A DNA stretch of 61,099 nt, filler included, from Basidiobolus ranarum (lineage: Eukaryota), in the NCBI GenBank assembly GCA_040143965.1. It is 7 parts of 7 records of this genome, joined end to end, with 100 filler letters (N's around TTAATTAATTAA, not from the genome) between each part and the next. Parts side by side here need not be neighbours in the genome. Positions count along the whole stretch, not along the records: positions 52,485 to 61,099 come from JASJQH010000948.1; 6 more parts are not named here. One strand, given 5' to 3'. Below, piece after piece: positions 52,596-61,099 of the stretch. Made by a program: the position numbers and the translations under genes. How positions within the stretch are numbered: the first letter of the stretch is position 1; every line of letters starts with the position of its first letter. The notes below the pieces were generated by a model. The model was not told the DNA's origin and searched no databases. It saw only the letters and a list, made by a program, of their open reading frames with translations.

Positions 52596-54259
52596 CCACA
52601 CATATCTGGTGATCGCAGTGCTCTACCAAACACTATTGAACTTGGTCCTAGGAATGAAATATCTAAACCACTGGGTCCCGACCAATCGGGGTGGTTCAAG
52701 GAACCTGCCACTTGATATTTGCTAGGAGTATGGTATAACTGCCAGTGTATCTTTAACATCACCTCAGTGGTCATACCAGTTACCCGGTTGGCCCGAGCAA
52801 ACGATGTGCTGGTTTGATGGGAATTGACCGCTTGGTGGATGTTTGCACATGCTGATGAAATAGGAGCGCCAACGGCTGCTCTAGTATTGGTCGTAAATAT
52901 ATCGTCGCTATACGAAGTAGAGTTAGTTGTATAAATAAAAGTACTTCAATGCTGCCTTCTTACATGATTACTTTGGTATCTTGGATAAAGATATGTGAGT
53001 ATGACTCTAGTAACGTTCCTATTCCTCCAAGATGATCTGCAATATTTAAAGATCCATTTTAGTTCATCTCTTAGTAGACGATGGCAAATACTGCACTCGA
53101 GGCAATGTAATTATATGTCATATATATACCTTCATCTAAATGGGTAACAATTAAGTGGCTGATGTGACCCTTTTGCGGAACTCCTTCAACAGTAATCGAA
53201 GAGTTGCCAATTACGCTTAAGATATTTTTCACTGCAGAACCTGATCCACCACCATCTACCAATAGCCTGTCAAGATTCCATAATTGACACTCAGGAGCAT
53301 TTCTCACAGTTGCGCTTGTGTACCGGTTATTTCCATTACACCTCCAATGCTCAAAGGTAAGTATGAAGCTACAAGTATAGAGTCTCTTGTCAATGATTAA
53401 AGGTATATTAAATACTCAGGAAACCAATACCTGCCTATCACCTCTACCAACTTGTACCATGTCCGTGGTTTGAAAGCGTACGTCACTCTCCCCCTGCCTC
53501 ACACTGATATCATTACACACAATAGATTCGAAAGTGGTATTTGGGTCTGTTCCTGTACGCAAGTAGGCATTTTTAGTGTATTCAAGAACATGGTAGATGG
53601 GCGCTTGTTGTACTGTCAGAAAGAAAATGTTAAATAGTTCTGCTTGGTCTTTGTTATCAAGCGGTATTTTGTTTGTATAATACCAAGAATCATATATATT
53701 TCTATACTGTGTAGACAGATATTCTTGGTTACTGCCTGATAACTCTCTAGCAACTATGTCCGTATTGGACTGCTTGCATGAATTATTGTTAAGAAATTCA
53801 GCTATGGCGTCGGCTAATTTTTGTTTGTCAAAGTCATTTCCTCCTAAATGTAATAGCAGTATAAAGTTAGTACTGGAGTGAGAGTCAGGGCTTTATATTT
53901 AAATTACCGACTGGTTGCCTAAGGTAAGCAACTGAATTCTCATCTTGCTCAAATCGAGTTCCGTTACTGAAGAACTGACAATTTATCGGCCCCTTCGATT
54001 TTGAATCGTAGGAGATGTTGATCCCTTGACAAGAAGTTGTTTCTAAGCACCACGAGAAGCATACACTTTCTCTATCTGTTTGGATTCGCTCTACTTCGGC
54101 GCCCACTATTCTCTGCTTGTTAACGTATGCCAGGTACCCCGTCTCGGAAGTTAGATTAGCAGGAAATGCAGCTACTCCGTGATAATAAGAGAGGATCCAC
54201 ACCAAAGTGTACACCACACTTAATGTTCCCATCCAAGGACTTAGGGACCTTGCAGTCAT
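52535..54259 (-). CDS. Secreted PAN/Apple + ComEC-like metallo-beta-lactamase-fold fusion protein (5 exons, 481 aa as assembled, C-terminus replaced by antisense nad1)
   Basis: Exons 54259-53908, 53843-53435, 53368-53130, 53036-52964 and 52907-52535 join in frame without stops. Signal peptide; PAN Cys pattern CFSWCLETTSC..NCQFF; MBL motifs VQVGRGDS/FIL, LLVDGG, THLDE/DHLGG and FLGP. Confidence 0.82.
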
Positions 54260-54767
54260 ACTTTATGACTCTCTTGGCTGGAAGCTGCATGACTTTATAT
54301 ACAAGTTAATTGGATTCTGCTAGTCATTCAGTAAGGATTACCCACTAGGAGAAAACCACCGATTGATTGGCAGAGCAGGTCAAACTTGTATATTTGATGG
54401 AGTACATTTAAGGCGTAACATTCCACAACCGTGTAGTATATTGCATAGCTTGGCTATATTTCTCAGCTCTGTAATAGGTGTGGTTACCAATTGCAACCAT
54501 TGAAACCTGGATACTAGCTTGAAATATACGACCTTCTACAGTTAGTACTTCAACCAGACGCATGAAACCTCAACGGTTGTCACACTTTGTATATCTCGTT
54601 CTTTCAAAATCCCAATTTTTCAGGGAATATTGGATCTAAGCCTTATGAATGAATACCTCTCTACTCATAATTTAACGCGAAACTACACTCCGTGAATGTA
54701 TCTTTTTTTCTATAACAATACATTAAACATAAGTCCGCATTCCTTTGTTCTGATTAAATCTTTATAC

Positions 54768-55016
54768 CCACAAAAGTCATCTCTACCCCAATATCCACTG
54801 TCACATGAGAATTTAACCCGTGTACACCACAGTCTCAAGGAACTGGTTGAGCGTCGATTTTGAGTCTTAAAATTAGGAAATATCACAGTCACCTGCTTCG
54901 GTATCACAATTTCTTGACAACCTTGTCCACAAAAGTCCGGCCAAATCTGCAACTTCCAAATTGTGAACAGCATTCAACAGCGCAAGGCTTATCCTTGCTG
55001 CATTGCCAAACTTGTC
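54768..55016 (-). pseudogene. Frameshifted tandem CBM18 (hevein) exons like the N-terminus of subgroup-C GH18 chitinases
   Basis: CSKDKPCAVECCSQFGSCRFG[fs]PDFCGQGCQ[fs]NCDTEA/DCG..SGYWGRDDFCG. At least two single-base frameshifts; no GH18 core found. Confidence 0.7.
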
Positions 55017-57879
55017 CTAATGGGAGAAAGACCAGATTAGATTAAATTACTGTCTTGGCCAAGGTATATAATTTCTTTGTTAGTAGCAGCTTAACCTAAG
55101 TTAAGAAAAACAAATATTTTAAAATGGCAATAATCGCCACTATGTTCATAGCCAGCATAGCAGTATAAAGTAACATCGGGTATACTGTAGTTTATAAGAG
55201 CCAAAGTCTCATATAAATAATTTCAGTAGCTTTCATATAGAGTGCATTACATTAGATTAAGTAATTAAATGTCGACAATAACGCAGTGAATTGAGAAGTC
55301 AAGTTGTAATGATGGTAACCTATTATATGCAGTAGTCATCCACTATCTCGGTACACAGCATAACTATATCCACTATTGGATTCTTTTCTCAGGATACACT
55401 TTAGTTGACTCGTACCACTGGAATTTTCTCTACCTGTCCAGGACCTTAGACAATGATTGATAATCTATGCCACTCTCCCCAAGTACCTCATTAGTGCAAT
55501 CCCACTTGAAGTAGCTAGTGGAGAATGAAATAAACTTGAGGTGTTGCAATCTCTTAATACTTCAAGACATAAGTTCAAGTAGCGGTTGACACTTTTTTTT
55601 TCAACCAGTAACGAGGTACAAGTAGATTCAGGAACACCAGAAGTTACATTTCTCCTCTGTTAGTGGGAAATTGAGTACGCTTCACTCGGAATTCTAAAAT
55701 TCTTGAGTTGGCCAGAAACGCAAATATCTGCCTTTACAGTCGCTACTGAAGATGATATCCTCACTTTAGTTACTGAGGTTTGCAAGGAGACTTTGCTTAC
55801 TACAGAAATTAAATGCCCGGTGACCATCTACTACATTGATTCTACTTACTGGCACAATGTAATTAACTTTAATAGCCACGTATCCAAAAGCCTAAGCTCA
55901 TCCGTGAATGTTGTTATTCCTTATTCTCGCTTTTAATAGATAAAGTTCAGCGTACACTATTAAACAGGGAGATTATAGCAAATCCATCTATGAGCAATAT
56001 GGTATTAACAAATTACCTTCTGTCCGAGATAATCCGGGCCTTGATTGCAACCATTTGACAACAGGACAAAGCATTTGCATTCCTCAGGTTTGCAGGAAAG
56101 AACACGATGCTCAGGATAAAAATCCAGGACACCTGTCTCTTGGTAATAGGCACCTAGGGTTAGGTGGGTACAAAGAACTTATGTTTCAGCAACCCCACAT
56201 TAGACTGCTGTGATCTTTATGTGAATCATATATATTGTATATCTCACCCTGCAATAATTCCACCAACAGTCACTGCTGCTTTACCGTAAGTTTTTCTCAC
56301 CTTATGGCTACTCACTCAGTTCGTCCTACACCTTCCTACTTTTCTTCGCAAATATATGGATAAGTCAAAAGTTGAGCTGCAATTACTAAATTATCTTTTC
56401 TCATGAAATCTTCAGTAATCCAACCTCAACCCAAATAATTCCGCCAACAACCACTAGTGCTCTACCGCAAGTACTTTTTGTATTGCCAGTATTCATTAAA
56501 TAGCTCTGTCCGTAATTTCTTGCTTTCCTTTAGATATATTGGTGCTACTAGTTATGCTAGTTTGGAAGTGGTCTTGTAGAATATTTAAAATGATACGAGC
56601 AATGTCTATAACAAGCCAATGTGAATGCATAGTACCATAATGTAACACTAAATCCGGTACTTCGGTTGGACAAGATGGTCAATGCCCATAACAGGTCAAT
56701 GCGGGTATAAATTAACATACCGATAAAACATCATGATCCCCCTGCGGAACTTGATCTTAAAGTGTTGAACTTCTCTGCGTTGAATTTACCCTACAGTATT
56801 TCTCACTAGGAAAATAAGCACTTTTTTTGTGGCTTAAAAGCTTGATTTCTGATGCCATTCGCTATTTAGTTTGTGGCACTCCAATGGTTGAGTATAAATT
56901 GTCGGTATACAAGGTAAATCATATAACGACATTCTATTACGTATGTTCAAATAGAGCGCTGTAAAGTTATTTTTATAAGCCAGGAACATCCTATCCCAAT
57001 TCAATTGAGAAGGAAAGAAATTTACTCTGTGATATTAAAAAGTAGGCTTCTTTGACTATCATATGACTTTGTATTACAAAACTAGAACCCATTATTACTC
57101 TCTTGGTTTGGAAATTTACCGTACTACGTCCATAACATTCACCAACCGGCAATCAACGATTGAGTGCCAGATCAAACAGAAAGGTTTGATGGAGCTGTGT
57201 ATAGTACATCGTAAACGTTGCATTTCACAACCACAAGTTATATAGCTTAAAGAAGTTTTGAATCTATCTGTACTTGGTTACTATTTGTGCTTATTGGTAC
57301 CAGGATACCAGTTGGAAAATTGTCACCTTCCACATTTAGTGCTTCACTGAGACTTCTCGCAAGTGGCTAAACCTCAAAAGATCAGTGGGCCTACACTATG
57401 CGTATAAATTACACCAATGGGGCTATTCGACTAGACTCGCAGGGTAATTAGTGAACATATTTCTCTGTTAAATATTTCAAATCCTTGGCCAAGGAACTGG
57501 CCAGATATAGAAATTTCCGGTCTACGGGTCAGCTAAAGTGTTTCCTTAGAAAAGGATCTTATGATGAATAAAATACCGAGGAGTACCCCAATTATTGGTT
57601 ACTAGCATATCCAGGCCAATGATAATCATCTATACATTGACACTCTTCTAGCATACCGGCCACTGAGCAGTATTATATCCAGGTATCTAATTACAATCGA
57701 GGGCATGTAGATCTGGGAAGGAAAAGTGAACCGGATTCGGCATGTTCTACGATGTTTAGTTTAGACAACTTTATAGAAAGCTAGGTCAAAATCAACCTAT
57801 CCCAATTGAACTCCACCCCACTGACTCTTATTGTATAGTTGAACTGGTTGATACTAAAGAAAAAAGGATTGTTAGATCG

Positions 57880-58680
57880 CTACGTGTATAGTAATTGCAC
57901 TCTGGTAAGATAACTACTTGTAGCTGTAGCATGAGAATTGCAACCCATTGAAACGCCAATGGTAAGATCATCTAATGAAATACCCGATTGATTGAGAGAT
58001 AGCAACAGTTGGAGTAATGGAATTAAAATATTAAAGCAAAAGTATTACCACCTCGCACTCTCCTACTAAGAATCCAATTTACAATGAGTGCGCCTGAAAT
58101 ACCAATCAATACGACCAAGATTACACCAAGCGTGACATCTCCACCAATGGTAGTAATTAAACTAATAGTCAGGGGAGTAGTGATTGATCTTGGTGAAGCA
58201 AGGTTAGGATTAATGTTTGGATACAAATAAGGTTCGAGTGACCAGGTCAAATTGAATAAGAATCACCTTCCTGCAGAAGCTAGTGAATGTTCGATACTTA
58301 TTCCTATAGCGTGGCAGATCACCGGATATAGAAAGATGGTCAAAATTGAAAGGATTGGAATAACTAGTAACATCTCAAACATCTATTAAATAAGTCATGT
58401 TGAGATTAGTCAAACAATTGCCAAGATGAACATGGATCATACTTTTGTATCCTCGAACATCTTTTCTGAATTTAGGCATGTTGAAAGATCAAACTGTGAG
58501 CATCTCCCGTCGGCCTAATCTTAGCAAGGATAGGAAACGTATCCCAGAGGAATAGCTAGTCAAACCTAGTGCAAAACGAGCCAGAACGAAGAACCCAGAG
58601 AAGAGATTTACCATGATCTTCTTGCCTCTAACCGCCGATATGCTTTTGGCAAGTGATAGAACATACACTATAAAAAACAA
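57880..58680 (-). pseudogene. LrgB-like (CidB/LrgB, PLGG1-type) membrane protein, decayed/truncated
   Basis: Spliced LTIFLYPVICHAIGISIEHSLASAGR/SITTPLTISLITTIGGDVTLGVILVVLIGISGALI../DDLTIGVSMGCNSHATATS, matching LrgB RSxTxP and GxxxGxxSHxxxT. It stops before the last helix and the upstream frame is broken. Confidence 0.7.
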
Positions 58681-59899
58681 TTCAATGGGAGTAGATTATT
58701 TTTGGGTTAATACAACCAGCACTGTGTTACTTCTGAAGGCATTTTACTACCCAACATTAGCTCCTGCTCTTCTTAACAATATTACATTCACTTTTCTTAT
58801 TGACTTCTGACTCTTCCCTCTCACTATCAATTTTATGATTGCAAACTGGTCCCTATCAAGGTTACCATTCAACTTATACGATTTTTCGAATTTGTTTACT
58901 TCTGGATATCATGGTACTCATTTGTACTGATGTTGCTCACTGAGGCAAAATGTAAAAATGAGAAAAGTAAAGAATTGCGCAAGAGCCTCTGTTAATATAA
59001 CCTTAGGATGTTATCAACTGTATCTATCACTATCCACATATTAGTGCTCAATTCTTAAACTGGAGGTTCTGAATTTCAAGTAGAGTTATCTTGGATTCTC
59101 TACTTCGATACTAATCTATTGACGAGATATTCATCTGTGACCGGTATCTTTGAAATCATTGTTTAGCATCGATATGCTAAGGAGGATTGTATGCGATACT
59201 CACTCACATATTTCCACAAGAGCTAGCACATTTTATTTACTACCAATTAGACAGTAAAGAAGCTGATTTTATAAACAATCTCCCCAAAATCAAGTTCAGA
59301 TTTTGACGTACTCCTGGTTCGTAAATTGTAGATGGACTATTATGGACAGCAGGTGCATAAAATAGGGAGGACAAATATCATACAGACAATACTCTTCAAC
59401 AAGAATTGCCCTTAATCTCCTGCTCCCGGCTTATTTAAGCAGATTCTGTATCTAGGAAATGGCAAAACTGTGAGTATACAGAAGAGTTTTTGTTCCATTA
59501 AGAATATGCGCAAAATGGCATTTGATTTTAACTTTGCGTCAATTATAAAGATTATACATCTTAGTTTGCAGTATGAACTTGGCTCTTGTAATAACATGAG
59601 AAATAAACAACTGAGAATATCTAAGGTCAATATATAATGCAATACATATACATAGTAAAGATGTCAGCATATAGTATTACAAATTTCAGTAATTTGAGGT
59701 TTGAGACACAAAATCCTTATTACCGATCAGAAGCACAATACTAGCCTGATTTTAGATTGTTCTGGGAAATCTGTTACTAAAGCTACATGTCTGACTGCTT
59801 ACAATAACTCCAGCTAACATTACAACATAGTACCAATTTCGGATGCTGCTCCACTTATCTACTATATCTTATTACACAAACTCCTGAATTTCTCAAATA

Positions 59900-61099
59900 A
59901 TTGATTTGTTTCTCTCCTATTCGTATATGGTTTAGAGTAAAGCAACTAAAACAATATCACAAGTTGTCACTAAGTAGTAAAGTCTATCATCATTATGACT
60001 AGATCCTCCAACAAAACAATAGTATTAGCTGTTGAAATTAGCATTGCCTAAACATCTATACAGTCATATACAGCTTAGTGCTTAGTTATCCTATATTGAA
60101 CTAAGACATTACCCATTATTCTCATGAGGAATTTACTTAGAAGTTTGAGGATATATATATATCTTGATAACTTCTGCTAGAAGCCCTAAACTTTGCACAC
60201 ATGTTCCTGGGACCTTCCTTAACACATTCTACACGTTAGTTTGTTTACTTCTTGACAAAACTATAAATGTCAACTGAATACTCAATAAATCAATCAGTGA
60301 AAACCACTAATTTCTCTAGCTCTCCAAATCACTTCCAACAAGCTCCCAAAATACTTTAACCGTAGCTTCTGATATAAACAATCATACAAGCCCAACTTAG
60401 CTTAAAAAAAGACCTGAATAGCTTTGTTACCTTAGCATCTAACACAGCAGCATATGCTTCCATTAGCTCATTCCAATATATGCGCCTTTATTCTTATTCC
60501 ATTCCGGTATTAATTCTGCATTTTATCTCCCAGTTGTATAAACATGAAATCCATTTTGTAACCAATTTATCACTATGGTATAAGAATCGAGTCTAGATAA
60601 TTTGCCAAGTACAAGCATATTTTTGGTTGCTGTGCATATCTGACTGTAAGAATCTTCCCTAAATTATGGCTTAATTCTGCTATATCTTAATCTAGTGTAA
60701 ACAAAGGTGTCTATTCTGAGGTATGTGGAACTAGAAGCATAATACAAGAAGAGTGAACCTATTTAGATTATATGCACTACAAGTGTATTTTCTTGAGAGC
60801 ATTAGTCAGTCATTTGGCCTCAAGCCAATAGTCACCAATACCTCAATTAAGAACTTGTCATGATTCTGATCTCGGCATACTGATCCACTGCATATGGAAC
60901 TCTTCTATTATTAGATTATGACATCATATCTACTGTGCCATCCCTTCTCGGCAATTTGGTGTCAGTTCATCCAGATTACCTTATATGAAAGTCATGTTCT
61001 TTGGAACATTCCATGAAACCTAACCAATCATTTCATCCCACACATAGTGTATTTCCGCCAAGACCTTCCATGGAAGGTCACCTGATCATCCTTACATCA
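59900..61099 (-). mobile_element. Degenerate repeat, probably LINE ORF2 3' region, same family as 300-600
   Basis: Direct similarity to 300-600; CpG-poor; no intact ORF. Confidence 0.4.

Overview
Eukaryotic nuclear DNA from an early-diverging fungus. EFL, minor-spliceosome introns, an intronless NRPS and short introns suggest Basidiobolus/Zoopagomycota (inference). The window is not one locus. It is seven contigs of strictly decreasing length (8668, 8656, 8646, 8644, 8642, 8628, 8615 bp) joined by 100-bp N44-TTAATTAATTAA-N44 linkers, so adjacency across gaps is meaningless. Housekeeping genes: ISD11, a REEP/HVA22 protein, RABL3, GAPDH (partial), a Srk1/Rck2 kinase, PheRS-alpha, EFL (partial), Cdc1/PGAP5 and an Alba protein. 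Accessory genes: a GPI-type HExxH metalloprotease, a >2160-aa orphan giant protein, a CBM18 surface protein, a beta-trefoil protein and an NRPS ending A-T-E-TE. One contig is decayed copia/LINE debris, and there are several pseudogenes. Highlights not visible in the ORF track: (1) a hidden 5-exon gene fusing signal peptide + PAN/Apple + ComEC-like metallo-beta-lactamase fold, which needs a GC-AG intron and runs into a mitochondrial nad1 fragment; (2) two U12-type AT-AC introns, one in a kinase activation loop and one in a 3' UTR; (3) a 6-nt microexon. All gene models were spliced and translated by hand; no database searches were run.
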